From an uncultured Candidatus Entotheonella sp. (GTDB lineage Bacteria; Tectomicrobia; Entotheonellia; Entotheonellales; Entotheonellaceae), in the NCBI GenBank assembly GCA_965215335.1, contig CBDCDA010000001.1, positions 1,696,001 to 1,760,000 of the forward strand: DNA of 64,000 nt, written 5' to 3'. The position numbers were made by a program, and so were the translations under genes. Within the stretch, counting starts at the first letter, position 1, and every line of letters begins with the position of its first letter. Under the pieces are notes generated by a model. That model saw only the letters and a list, made by a program, of their open reading frames with translations, did no database searches and had not been told where the DNA came from. Below, one piece after another: positions 11,235 through 20,582 of this stretch.

Positions 11235-12338
11235 ATGGTGAAAGGCTTTACACTGCCCGGGTCGCAACAGAAAGGCGCGCTCGCGGGGGCGAAGATCGAC
11301 GACCAGATCTTCCTCACCCGTGCCGATGAGCTCGCCAAATGGGCACGCAGTTACCGGGTGGCCCGCCTGATGAAGCTCCTGGGGGTGACCTGGCTGTTCA
11401 GCTGGGCGCGGCTCTCCTCCTTGTGGCCGATGACCTTTGGCCTCGCCTGCTGCGCCATTGAAATGATGGCGACCATGGGACCGCGCTACGATCTGGACCG
11501 CCTCGGCGCCGGCGCGTTCCGGGCTTCACCCCGCCAGTCGGACGTGATGATCGTTGCGGGCACCGTGACGCTGAAGATGGCCAGTCGTATCAAACGCCTG
11601 TACGCGCAGATGCCGGAACCCAAGTTCGTCATCTCCATGGGCGCCTGCGCCAGCGCCGGCGGCCCCTACTGGGATCACGGTTATCACGTGCTCAAGGGGG
11701 TCGACAAGGTGGTGCCGGTGGACGTGTACATCCCCGGCTGCCCGCCGCGTCCCGAGGCACTGCTGGAGGCGTTCGTCAAGCTTCAGGACAAAATTCGTCA
11801 CGGCGCCATGTACCAGATTCCCAAAGAACCCGAGACGTTGATCCGCCCCGCTCCGCAGCTGGCCGCCAAGGCAGCAGCCAAGGTCGCCAAGGCCGCACCC
11901 GCGCAGGCCGCCCCGAAAAGAGCCGCACCCGCAAAGGCTGCCGCTCCGGCAGCGGCGCCGGCCGCCGTGGAGGACGAGGTGCCGGCCGAACTGATGAACC
12001 GGCCCTTCAAGGAACTCAGCAAGGAAGAACGGGTCTTGGTAGCGCGCGCCCGTTCGCGGGCCATGCGCGCCAAGGCCGGCGTGCCGGTGGCCGGCCAGGC
12101 TGAAAGCCCCGCTGAACCCGCGGCCCCGGCAGCCACAGCAATGCCCGAACCCGCGGCGGCGGAAGAGGCGCCCACCGTTGCCGCCGCTGCCAGTGCGGAC
12201 GCCGACGGCGACGATCCCATGGCAGAGGTGCCGCCGGAGTTGCTCAGCCGTCCGTTCAAGGAACTCAGCAAGGAAGAGCGCGTCATCGTGGCGCGCGCCC
12301 GCTCGCGGGCCGTGCGCGCCAAGGCTGGAAACTCCTAG
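11235..12338 (+). CDS. nuoB: NADH-quinone oxidoreductase subunit B with a long C-terminal extension
   Basis: [43 protein letters not shown]; then an Ala/Pro-rich tail with a duplicated ~35-aa unit. Confidence 0.93.
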   Translation: MVKGFTLPGSQQKGALAGAKIDDQIFLTRADELAKWARSYRVARLMKLLGVTWLFSWARLSSLWPMTFGLACCAIEMMATMGPRYDLDRLGAGAFRASPRQSDVMIVAGTVTLKMASRIKRLYAQMPEPKFVISMGACASAGGPYWDHGYHVLKGVDKVVPVDVYIPGCPPRPEALLEAFVKLQDKIRHGAMYQIPKEPETLIRPAPQLAAKAAAKVAKAAPAQAAPKRAAPAKAAAPAAAPAAVEDEVPAELMNRPFKELSKEERVLVARARSRAMRAKAGVPVAGQAESPAEPAAPAATAMPEPAAAEEAPTVAAAASADADGDDPMAEVPPELLSRPFKELSKEERVIVARARSRAVRAKAGNS

Positions 12339-12371
12339 ACTTGCCCCCTTACCTTAAAGGAACCCGTCAGC

Positions 12372-12917
12372 ATGACCCCCGAGGCGATCCACGACGCCCT
12401 TCAACAGCGCTTTGGAGAAGCTATTACGGCCTTTGATGCCGATGCCATCGACCCGACGGTAACGGTCGCGGCGTCCGCCATCCACGACGTTGGCGCTTAT
12501 CTGCGCAGCGAGCCGGGCCTGCTGTTCGACTCGCTCATGTGCTTGAGCGGCGTGGATTACGGCGAGGAGAAGAGCAGCCTCGGCGTCGTCTATCACCTGC
12601 ACTCGACCGCGCTCCGGCACGCTGTCACCCTGCGCGTGGAGGTGCCGCGGCAGGACGGCGTGGTGCCGACGGTATGCGACATCTGGCGCACCGCCGAGTG
12701 GCATGAGCGGGAGGCGTTCGACCTCTTCGGCATGCGCTTCGGCCAGCACCCTGACCACCGCCGCATCCTGCTGCCGGACGACTGGGAGGGCCACCCGCTG
12801 CGCAAGGATTACCAGGTCCAAGCGTTTTACCAGGGCATTCCGGTTCCTTACGAGGGCGACCCGCCGGAGATCGGCATGGACGTGTATCGCTTTCAGGACC
12901 GCGAGGACCCCGCCTGA
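12372..12917 (+). CDS. nuoC: NADH-quinone oxidoreductase subunit C
   Basis: WHEREAFDLFGMRFGQHPDHRRILLPDDWEGHPLRKDY. Confidence 0.95.
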   Translation: MTPEAIHDALQQRFGEAITAFDADAIDPTVTVAASAIHDVGAYLRSEPGLLFDSLMCLSGVDYGEEKSSLGVVYHLHSTALRHAVTLRVEVPRQDGVVPTVCDIWRTAEWHEREAFDLFGMRFGQHPDHRRILLPDDWEGHPLRKDYQVQAFYQGIPVPYEGDPPEIGMDVYRFQDREDPA

Positions 12918-12937
12918 ACGTAAGGATTCAATAACCC

Positions 12938-13483
12938 GTGCTGCAATACTTTCGGAACATCTGGGAAGGCTTCTGGACGCCCTTGGTGGGATTGAGCATG
13001 ACGTGGCGCAAGCTGTTCGTCCCTGCCGTCACCATGCAATACCCGGAGGAGCGCTGGGAACTGCCGAAAAACTCACGCATGCAGCTGTTCGTGAATATGG
13101 ACGACTGCATCGGTTGCCTGCAGTGCGAGCGCGCCTGTCCGGTGCAGTGCATCAGCATCGACACCGTCAAGGCCATCCCCGACGAGGTCGAGGAGACCAC
13201 CACCGGGCACAAGAAGCGCCTGCACGTCACCAAGTTCGACATCGACATGGTCAAGTGCTTCTACTGCGACCTGTGCACCTTCCCCTGCCCCACCGAGTGC
13301 ATCTACATGACCCCGAGTTTCGAGGATTCCTCGCCGGACCGCTACGGCCTGGTTTATCATTTCGTCAACATGACGTCGCAGCGCGCCGCCGAGCTGGAAG
13401 AAAAAGCCCGCCAGTTCGACGTGGCGGAAGCAGCCAGGAAAGAGGCGAAGGCGTCCGCGCAATCCGCGACCGCAACGGCCTGA
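12938..13483 (+). CDS. nuoI: NADH-quinone oxidoreductase subunit I
   Basis: TMQYPEE; two 4Fe-4S motifs, CIGCLQCERACP and CFYCDLCTFPCP. Confidence 0.9.
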   Translation: MLQYFRNIWEGFWTPLVGLSMTWRKLFVPAVTMQYPEERWELPKNSRMQLFVNMDDCIGCLQCERACPVQCISIDTVKAIPDEVEETTTGHKKRLHVTKFDIDMVKCFYCDLCTFPCPTECIYMTPSFEDSSPDRYGLVYHFVNMTSQRAAELEEKARQFDVAEAARKEAKASAQSATATA

Positions 13484-13502
13484 TCTCGAGCAGGAACCCA
13501 AC

Positions 13503-14672
13503 ATGTGCGCAACGGCACGACAAACCGCTGGCGATGAGTTTCGCATCCGTTACGAGCGGCAGGGCGACGACCTGATCCTGCAGATGGGACCGCAGCATCC
13601 GAGCACGCACGGCGTGCTGCGGCTCGAAATCGTCACGGACGGGGAGTTGGTGAAACATATTACGCCGCACCTCGGTTACCTGCACCGCTGTTTCGAGAAG
13701 CACGCCGAAAAGATGACGTATCCGCAGGTGATTCCGTACGCCGATCGCATGGACTACCTGAGCGCCATGAATCAGGAACTGGCCTACGTGCTGGCGGTGG
13801 AAAAGCTCCTGGGGATCGAGGAATTCCCGGACCGCCTGGAATACATCCGCGTGCTCATGGCCGAGCTGCAGCGCATCGCCAGTCATTTGCTGGCCATCGG
13901 CACGTACGGTCTGGACATCGGCGCCATGACGCCTTTCTTCTGGTGTGTCCGCGACCGCGAAAAAATCCTCGACCTGTTCGAATGGGCGAGCGGCGCCCGC
14001 CTGCTCTACAACTACCTGTGGATCGGCGGCGTGGCGCACGACCTGCCGGCAGGGTACACCGACAAGGTGATGGAATTCGTTACCTACTTCGAGCCGCGCG
14101 TGCAGGAACTGAACGATCTGCTGTCGTCGAACAAGATCTTCATCGAACGCGCCGCTGCGATCGGCGTCCTGACGGCGGAAGACGCCATCAGTTACGGCAT
14201 CGGCGGTCCGAATCTGCGCGGCAGCGGCGTCAAATGGGACCTGCGCAAGGAAGAGCCCTACGGGATTTACGAGCGCTTCGATTTCGACGTGCCGGTGGGA
14301 ACGGGCGAGTTCGGCGTCCTGGGCTCGGCCTGGGATCGCTATATCGTGCGGGTGCGCGAGATGCTGGAGTCGCTGAAAATCATCCGCCAGGTCGTCGACC
14401 AGATGCCGGGTGGCGACCCCAACGAGGCCATGCCGCGGCGCATTCGCCCGGCGAAGGGCGAGGCGTACCTGCGCACCGAATCGCCGCGCGGCGAGCTGGG
14501 CTTCTACCTGGTCAGCGACGGCACCGAGAAACCCTACCGCTGCAAGGCGCGCTCGCCGTGCTTCACCGCCATCAGCGCCCTGAACGCCATGAACCACGGC
14601 GGTATGCTGATCGCCGACGCCGTCGCGGTGGTCGGCAGCCTGGATATCGTGCTGGGCGAGATCGATCGGTAG
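13503..14672 (+). CDS. nuoD: NADH-quinone oxidoreductase subunit D
   Basis: MGPQHPSTHGVLRL, GYLHRCFEK, GSLDIVLGEIDR; no NiFe CxxC motifs. Confidence 0.95.
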   Translation: MCATARQTAGDEFRIRYERQGDDLILQMGPQHPSTHGVLRLEIVTDGELVKHITPHLGYLHRCFEKHAEKMTYPQVIPYADRMDYLSAMNQELAYVLAVEKLLGIEEFPDRLEYIRVLMAELQRIASHLLAIGTYGLDIGAMTPFFWCVRDREKILDLFEWASGARLLYNYLWIGGVAHDLPAGYTDKVMEFVTYFEPRVQELNDLLSSNKIFIERAAAIGVLTAEDAISYGIGGPNLRGSGVKWDLRKEEPYGIYERFDFDVPVGTGEFGVLGSAWDRYIVRVREMLESLKIIRQVVDQMPGGDPNEAMPRRIRPAKGEAYLRTESPRGELGFYLVSDGTEKPYRCKARSPCFTAISALNAMNHGGMLIADAVAVVGSLDIVLGEIDR

Positions 14673-14794
14673 CCCAGGTTTATCCACACCCCTTCTCCGA
14701 ACGCCGATTTGTGTCGCGCGACCCTGCCATTTTGGCACCTCTTGTTGATGCCCTTGCCGGCATAATGCCCGCTCTGATTGTTTTGCGGGCCAGC

Positions 14795-15010
14795 ATGACA
14801 GAGGGCATTGCGAAGTTGGTGGATAGTGGATAACGGCCTCGAGGATGCCGATACAATTGGCATCCTCGAGGCGCTGCCGCTCGCGGTTCTTGACGTCAAT
14901 GTCGCCCGGGCCCGGCAGTCGCGACTGTTGCGCCGTCAAACGCGTGAACACGGCCTGTCGCTCGGCGACCGTGCCTGTTTGGCTTTGGCGGTGTCGCCTG
15001 GATGGATCTG
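14795..15010 (+). pseudogene. VapC/PIN toxin remnant
   Basis: TEGIAKLVD / NGLEDADTIGILEALPL...HGLSLGDRACLALA; frame broken by a 7-bp tandem duplication GTGGATA-GTGGATA at 14819-14832. Confidence 0.7.
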
Positions 15011-15029
15011 GACTTGGATATCGAGGTCA

Positions 15030-15431
15030 TTACGATCCGGTGATCCTGGCAGGTGCTATTTCTCCAGCCCGCCGTCGGTAGTCCCTGACGGCAGCCTTCA
15101 CGGCGTCCTCGGCGAGGACGGACGTATGCACCTTCTGGGGGCTCAGGCCGCCGAGCGCCTCGTTCACCTCGGCGCGCGTCAGCGGCGTGGGTTCGTCAAC
15201 GCTACGTCCGATGAGCAGTTCGGTGGTTACCGACCCGGCGGCAATGGCCGCCGGGCAGCCCATCGTCTTGAATCTGGCTTCGGTGATGCGCGCGCCGACG
15301 ATGCGCAGGGTGAGATGCATGACGTCGCCGCAGGCCGGGTTGGAAACTTCCGCCGCGGCGTCGGGAGGGTCGATGACGCCGATGTTGCGGGGGTTGTCGA
15401 AGTGCTCGTGGATCGTGTCCGAGTATTGCAT
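15030..15431 (-). CDS. iscU: Fe-S cluster scaffold protein (IscU/NifU N-terminal type)
   Basis: YSDTIHEHFDNPRNIG, NPACGD, FKTMGC; the third Cys position reads KVHTS rather than KxHCS. Confidence 0.85.
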   Translation of the reverse strand: MQYSDTIHEHFDNPRNIGVIDPPDAAAEVSNPACGDVMHLTLRIVGARITEARFKTMGCPAAIAAGSVTTELLIGRSVDEPTPLTRAEVNEALGGLSPQKVHTSVLAEDAVKAAVRDYRRRAGEIAPARITGS

Positions 15432-15457
15432 GCCATGTCCTCCTCGCGCGTCCCGCA

Positions 15458-16600
15458 TCACGCGCCGCGGGCCCGCGCCACGATGTCCGGCAGGATGTCA
15501 AGGACGTAGTCGATGTCGTCCGCCGTGGTCGAGCGTCCCAGGCTGAACCGCAACGCTCCGTGCAGATAGGGTCGCGGCACGCGCATGGCCCGTAGCACGT
15601 GCGACGGCGCCAGCGACCCGGAACTGCACGCCGAACCGGTCGAGATGGCCACCCCTTGCAGATCCAGGCTCATCATCAGCGCCTCGCCCTCCGCCCCGGC
15701 AAAGGCGACGTTCGTGGTGCCCGGCAGCCGCGGCGCCGCCCCGCCCTGCATGCGCACCTCGCCAATGCGTTCCCGGATGCCGTGTTCAAGGCGCAGCCGA
15801 AGTCGCTTCTGGCGTTCGCCCTCGGCTGCCATGTCGCCGGCGGCGAGGGTGCAAGCCTTGCCCAGCGCGGCGATGCCGGGAACGTTCTCGGTGCCGGAGC
15901 GCCGCCCGCGCTCCTGATGGCCGCCGTTCAGGAGCGGTCGCAACCCCGCGGGCGAACGCTCGTACCAGCCGCCAATTCCCTTCGGGGCGTAGATTTTGTG
16001 CCCGGAAAAGGAAAGAAAATCCACCCCCAGATCGTCCACCGCCAGCGGCACCTTGCCAAATGCCTGCACCGCGTCGGTGTGCACTAGGACGCCGCGTTCG
16101 TGCGCCAGTCGAGCAATGTCGGAGACGGGCTGCAGCGTGCCGACTTCGTTGTTGGCGACCATGATCGACACCAGAATGGTCTGATCGGTCAGACTGTCGC
16201 GCACCGCCTGCGGGTCGACGAGCCCGCGTTCGTCCACTGGTATGTAGGTGACCTCATAGCCTTGCCGTTCGAGAGCGGCGCAGGCGTCGAGGACGGCGGG
16301 ATGCTCGATTTGCGAGGTGACCAAGTGGCGGCCGTGTTCGCGGCGGGCCTGCGCTACACCCTTGACGATGGTGTTATTGGCCTCGGTGCCGCCACTGCTG
16401 AAAATGACCGACGACGAGGGCGCTCCCAGCACGTCGGCAACGGCGTCGCGGGCGTCGTCGACGGCCACCCGAGCCCGCCGGCCGTAATGGTGCACGCTCG
16501 ACGGGTTGCCGAACGCCGCGCGGTGGTAGGGCAGCATCGCTTCGAGCACGTCGGGCAGAACGGGCGTCGTGGCGCCATGATCCAGATAAACGTAGCGCAT
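15458..16600 (-). CDS. iscS: Cysteine desulfurase (IscS/NifS group I)
   Basis: YLDHGATTP, SGGTEANN, HTDAVQ, SGHKIYAPKG, STGSACSS. Confidence 0.93.
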   Translation of the reverse strand: MRYVYLDHGATTPVLPDVLEAMLPYHRAAFGNPSSVHHYGRRARVAVDDARDAVADVLGAPSSSVIFSSGGTEANNTIVKGVAQARREHGRHLVTSQIEHPAVLDACAALERQGYEVTYIPVDERGLVDPQAVRDSLTDQTILVSIMVANNEVGTLQPVSDIARLAHERGVLVHTDAVQAFGKVPLAVDDLGVDFLSFSGHKIYAPKGIGGWYERSPAGLRPLLNGGHQERGRRSGTENVPGIAALGKACTLAAGDMAAEGERQKRLRLRLEHGIRERIGEVRMQGGAAPRLPGTTNVAFAGAEGEALMMSLDLQGVAISTGSACSSGSLAPSHVLRAMRVPRPYLHGALRFSLGRSTTADDIDYVLDILPDIVARARGA

Positions 16601-16617
16601 GTCGTCAGCGACCCGGC

Positions 16618-17565
16618 TCAGCCGTCATGGTCTTGCCGCAAGGTCGCCACGTGGGCGGTCACGCAGCGCCCCAGGGCTTCCACGTTGTAGCCGCCTTCGA
16701 GCACCGAGATAAGGCGGTTCCGGGAGCAGACGGTGGCGATTTCCTTGACCACCTCGGTCATGCGCCGATATCCTGCCTCGCTCACTTGCATGTGCGCCAG
16801 CGGGTCGGCATAGTGGGCATCGAAGCCGGCGGACACGAGCACGCAGTCGGGACGGTATTCCAGGGCGCGCGGCAGGATGGCCTGCTCGAAGACCGTCACG
16901 TAGGCGTCGTCACCGGTACCAGCCGGCAGGGGAAAATTCAGGGTGTACCCCGCGCCGCTGCCGGAACCGGTCTCGCTGCTGGCGCCGGTGCCGGGATAGA
17001 ACGGGTATTGATGCGTGCTGACGTACAGGACGCTCGCATCGGCCTCGAAAATGTGCTGCGTGCCGTTGCCGTGATGCACGTCCCAGTCGATGATCAGGAG
17101 GTTGTCCAGCCCGTGCCGCTTCTGCAGGTAGCGCGCCAGGATGGCGACGTTGTTGAACAGGCAGAACCCCATGGAACGGTGCGCCTCGGCGTGATGGCCG
17201 GGCGGCCGCACGGCGCAAAACGCCTGCGACACCTCGCCGCTCACCACGGCGTCGGCAGCCGCCAGGGTGCCGGCCACCGCTTGCAGCGCGACGGCGTAGG
17301 AATCGTGGCTGACGATGGTATCGGGATCGAGCGCGGCACGGCCCCGTTGACTGGCCGCCCGCAACCGCTGCATTACCTCGGCGTCATGCACCTCGGCCAC
17401 CCAGGCTTGCGGATCGTCATCCCAGCCGAGATGCACCAGTTGCCGCGACTGGTCGCTGGCTTCCAGGGTCTGCATGACCGCTTCGAGCCGTCCGGCGTGT
17501 TCGGGATGGTGCCCGCCGGTGTCGTGCTTCAGATAATCGGGATGGTAGACCAGACCTGTGTCCAT
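16618..17565 (-). CDS. Histone deacetylase family protein
   Basis: HPE, RPPGHHA, GFCLFNNVA, DWDVHHGNGTQ, SAGFDAH, LEGGY. Confidence 0.95.
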   Translation of the reverse strand: MDTGLVYHPDYLKHDTGGHHPEHAGRLEAVMQTLEASDQSRQLVHLGWDDDPQAWVAEVHDAEVMQRLRAASQRGRAALDPDTIVSHDSYAVALQAVAGTLAAADAVVSGEVSQAFCAVRPPGHHAEAHRSMGFCLFNNVAILARYLQKRHGLDNLLIIDWDVHHGNGTQHIFEADASVLYVSTHQYPFYPGTGASSETGSGSGAGYTLNFPLPAGTGDDAYVTVFEQAILPRALEYRPDCVLVSAGFDAHYADPLAHMQVSEAGYRRMTEVVKEIATVCSRNRLISVLEGGYNVEALGRCVTAHVATLRQDHDG

Positions 17566-17681
17566 GATGTCCTCGGCTGTATCGGATCCTTGAGAACTAC
17601 GGGAGAAACGATGATGCGGGCGAGTATACTCGCCGAGCCATCCGGCATCAACAGCCCCGCATGGTGGGCGGTGCAAGCACC

Positions 17682-18731
17682 ATGAAGGCGATGATTCTGG
17701 CGGCGGGCTCGGGAACGCGCCTGCGACCGCTGACCGACCGGGCGCCCAAGCCGCTGCTGCCGCTCATGCTGACCCCCATGGTGGGGCATTTGCTGGCGCA
17801 ACTGCATGACCAGGGCGTGCGTGAGGTGGTGATCAATGGGCATCACCTGGCGGACCAACTGGCGGCGTGGCTTGGCGATGGCAGCCGGTGGGGCCTGTGC
17901 CTCGCGTTCGCCCATGAGCCGGAAATTCGGGGAACCGCCGGCGCGCTCAAGAACGCGGAATCGTTCTTGCGGGGGGCACCGTTTCTGGTCATCAACGCCG
18001 ACGTACTGGCCGACTTCGACCTGCAGGCCTTGTGGGCGTGGCATCGTGCCCGCGGGGCGCTGGTGACGATGGTCGTCAGACCTGACCCGGCGGCTCGCCT
18101 CCTTGGCGCCGTGGTGGTGGATGAGCGTGACCGGGTGCAGCGGATCAACGGCCGCCCGGAAGAAAAAGCAAGATCACTGGATTCCGGCTTGCGCCGGAAT
18201 GACGAGACGATTTTCACCGGCATTCAGATCGTCGGACCACAAGTGCTCGATGCCATCCCCGCCAACCGTTTCGTGAGCACGACTGCCGACACCTATCCGC
18301 GCTTGCTGCAAGGCGGCCGGCCGGTTCTGGCTTATCGCCACCCCGGCTACTGGCTGGACGTGGGTGTGCCGGAACGCTATCTGCGAGCTCACTGGGACCT
18401 GCTGGACGGCGCCCTGGGCGCGTCGTGGGAGGCCCGGCTGCCGGCTGGCAGCCGGGTGCTGCGCGGCACAGGTGAACAGTGTCTTGACGGCGCCATTCTC
18501 AGCCCGCCTGTCGTGCTCGGTGCCGGCGTGACGCTTGCCGCCGGCGTGCGGGTCGGTCCGTATGCCGTGCTCGGTGCCGGGTGCCGTCTCGGGCCAAATG
18601 TCGAGGCGCGGGAGAGCGTCTTGGGCGACAACGCAACCATCGGCGCCGGCGCTGCCCTGCGGCGCTGCATCCTGGGTCCGAGCGTGCGGGTCCCGAGCGG
18701 GCAGTCTCTTCAAGAGGAGCGCCTCGTATGA
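17682..18731 (+). CDS. Sugar-phosphate nucleotidyltransferase (MurU-like) with hexapeptide-repeat C-terminus
   Basis: MKAMILAAGSGTRLRPLTDRAPKPLLP; coupled to an AmgK-like kinase. Confidence 0.88.
   Translation: MKAMILAAGSGTRLRPLTDRAPKPLLPLMLTPMVGHLLAQLHDQGVREVVINGHHLADQLAAWLGDGSRWGLCLAFAHEPEIRGTAGALKNAESFLRGAPFLVINADVLADFDLQALWAWHRARGALVTMVVRPDPAARLLGAVVVDERDRVQRINGRPEEKARSLDSGLRRNDETIFTGIQIVGPQVLDAIPANRFVSTTADTYPRLLQGGRPVLAYRHPGYWLDVGVPERYLRAHWDLLDGALGASWEARLPAGSRVLRGTGEQCLDGAILSPPVVLGAGVTLAAGVRVGPYAVLGAGCRLGPNVEARESVLGDNATIGAGAALRRCILGPSVRVPSGQSLQEERLV
18177..18204. repeat. Short palindromic element (dRS3/RPE-like) inside a coding sequence
   Basis: CTGG-ATTCCGGC-TTGC-GCCGGAAT-GACG, read in frame as LDSGLRRND. 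Confidence 0.65.
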
Positions 18732-19774
18732 TCACCGGCAAGCCGACCTTGACGCTTGAACGGTTGCAGCCGTTTCTGCCTGCCCTGCTGCCCGGCGCTT
18801 CCGAGAATCTTTCCTTCACGCCCCTGACAGCCGACGCCTCGACGCGTCGCTACTACCGGCTGCGCTGGGCGGCATCCGCCACCGGTTACCCGGCCAGTTG
18901 CGTGGTGATGCACGGCGACCCGTGGCCGGCTGAGGAATCGCCGGATTTTCTGACCGTCGGGCGGCATCTGCGGGCCTGCGGCGTGCGTGTGCCGGAGGTT
19001 TACGGCGTCCAGCCTGCCGCCGGGCTGATGTGCCTGGAGGATTATGGCGACCGGGCCCTGGCGGCGCAGTGGCGACATGGCGACCTGGAGGACCGCCTGC
19101 GCTGGGGCCGGCAGGCCGTGGACGAGATCGTGAAGATGCACACCCGGGCGACGCAAAGGGTCGATCCTGCATGCCCGGCCTTTGATCTGGCATTTGATGT
19201 GGACAAGTTGACGAGCGAGCTATACTTCTTCCAAATACACGCCGTTGTCGAACTCTGGCAGCAATCCCTGGGGCCAAACGACTGCCGGGCCTGGGACAGC
19301 GCCTTCCATGCCCTGTGCGTCCCGCTCGCGGAAGCAACGCGATTCTTCTGCCACCGGGACTACCACGGCTGGAACCTCATGGTGCATGACGGCTTGGTCA
19401 GCGTGCTCGATTTTCAGGACGCCCGCATGGGGCCGCAACCTTATGACCTGGCCTCGCTTCTCACTGACCGCGGCACTGCCGACCTGCTCACTGCCGATGG
19501 CACGGCGGCATTGATTGCTCACTACCTGGACAGGTGGCAGGCCGAAAGCGGCCAGACGGTGGACAAGGACGAATTCGCGTGGTTGTTCGACATGGCCGCC
19601 GCGCAGCGCTGCCTCAAGGCCATCGGCACGTTTGCCGCCATGCACGTCGTTCATGACCGACCGCAGTATCTGCCCTACATCCCCCCGACGCTGGCCTATC
19701 TGCGGCCCTTGATGCAGCGCTACGAGCATCTGCGACCCCTTGCCGACTTGCTGAGACGGTTTACGCCCCTGTAA
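18728..19774 (+). CDS. Aminoglycoside phosphotransferase family kinase (AmgK-like)
   Basis: DASTRRYYR, LEDYGD, CHRDYHGWNL, LDFQDARMGP; ATGA overlap with the upstream gene. Confidence 0.88.
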   Translation: MITGKPTLTLERLQPFLPALLPGASENLSFTPLTADASTRRYYRLRWAASATGYPASCVVMHGDPWPAEESPDFLTVGRHLRACGVRVPEVYGVQPAAGLMCLEDYGDRALAAQWRHGDLEDRLRWGRQAVDEIVKMHTRATQRVDPACPAFDLAFDVDKLTSELYFFQIHAVVELWQQSLGPNDCRAWDSAFHALCVPLAEATRFFCHRDYHGWNLMVHDGLVSVLDFQDARMGPQPYDLASLLTDRGTADLLTADGTAALIAHYLDRWQAESGQTVDKDEFAWLFDMAAAQRCLKAIGTFAAMHVVHDRPQYLPYIPPTLAYLRPLMQRYEHLRPLADLLRRFTPL

Positions 19775-19888
19775 AAGCGACTCCCTGCCTTCCCAGCGTG
19801 TCGACGTGTACACCGCTGCCCGTGTCGGGTGAACCGTAGCAAGACAGGAGTATGTGGGGCGGTTGCCGGGCAGGTCCAATCGGGGCCG

Positions 19889-20005
19889 TCAGCGGCTGTA
19901 CTTCCGCTCGCCCTTGCTGACGCGCAGGCGCGCGCGCCGCAACTTGGCTTTCAGCGTGGCTTTCAGACGGGCTGTTTTGTTGCGTTTTTTCGTTGGCGTT
20001 TTCAT
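19889..20005 (-). CDS. 38-aa Lys/Arg-rich microprotein (not in ORF track)
   Basis: MKTPTKKRNKTARLKATLKAKLRRARLRVSKGERKYSR*, with GGAGG RBS; follows the Rho-N-like gene. Confidence 0.7.
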   Translation of the reverse strand: MKTPTKKRNKTARLKATLKAKLRRARLRVSKGERKYSR

Positions 20006-20043
20006 CCTTTATCCTCCCACATCCTGACGGCGCTCGAGGCCGC

Positions 20044-20388
20044 TCATGGCGTGTCGACTTGTGCGCTCCCGGCCAGGCGCCGCAGCGCGCGCTTGCGCTT
20101 CTTGATGTCCAGCCGGGCGCGGTTCAAGCTGTTTGCATCGTTGACTGCCAGAGCCTCATCGCGCGTGTCCTTCAACGAACGAATCTCCTTCTTGAGGACC
20201 GCTTTGTCACCGGAAATCTTCATCTGTACCGCCCGTGCCGGCGTCTTGGTGTCGATGCCCAAAAAGCCGGCCAGCGCCTCGACCAACTGGGCTTTGGACA
20301 TGCCGCTGACACCGGCGATGCCGCCGTGCTGCATCGCTTCCTGACGCAGCCTGACGACGGTCATTTTTTGCAATTCCTGTAGCGTCAT
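20044..20388 (-). CDS. Small basic protein with a Rho-N-like helical N-terminus
   Basis: MTLQELQKMTVVRLRQEA...GVSGMSKAQLVEAL; Lys/Arg-rich helical C-terminus. Confidence 0.75.
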   Translation of the reverse strand: MTLQELQKMTVVRLRQEAMQHGGIAGVSGMSKAQLVEALAGFLGIDTKTPARAVQMKISGDKAVLKKEIRSLKDTRDEALAVNDANSLNRARLDIKKRKRALRRLAGSAQVDTP

Positions 20389-20582
20389 CCCTGCAACTCC
20401 CCTGTCTGGCCCTTCAAAAACTCCGATCCGCACCTGCATGGCGGAGGACGCAATGTATCATACTTCCCGCGACCCCTCAAACCCGCACGGCGTGCGGGGA
20501 TTTGACGATTCCGCGCACCGTCGTGTAGGCTTCCCGCCTACCGCCGGACCGCACGTGCCGGCCCTCACGCCCTGGAGATGGC

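Noticed and set aside
11235..14672. Group 4 NiFe hydrogenase
   Set aside because: The large subunit lacks both CxxC nickel motifs and has NuoD signatures
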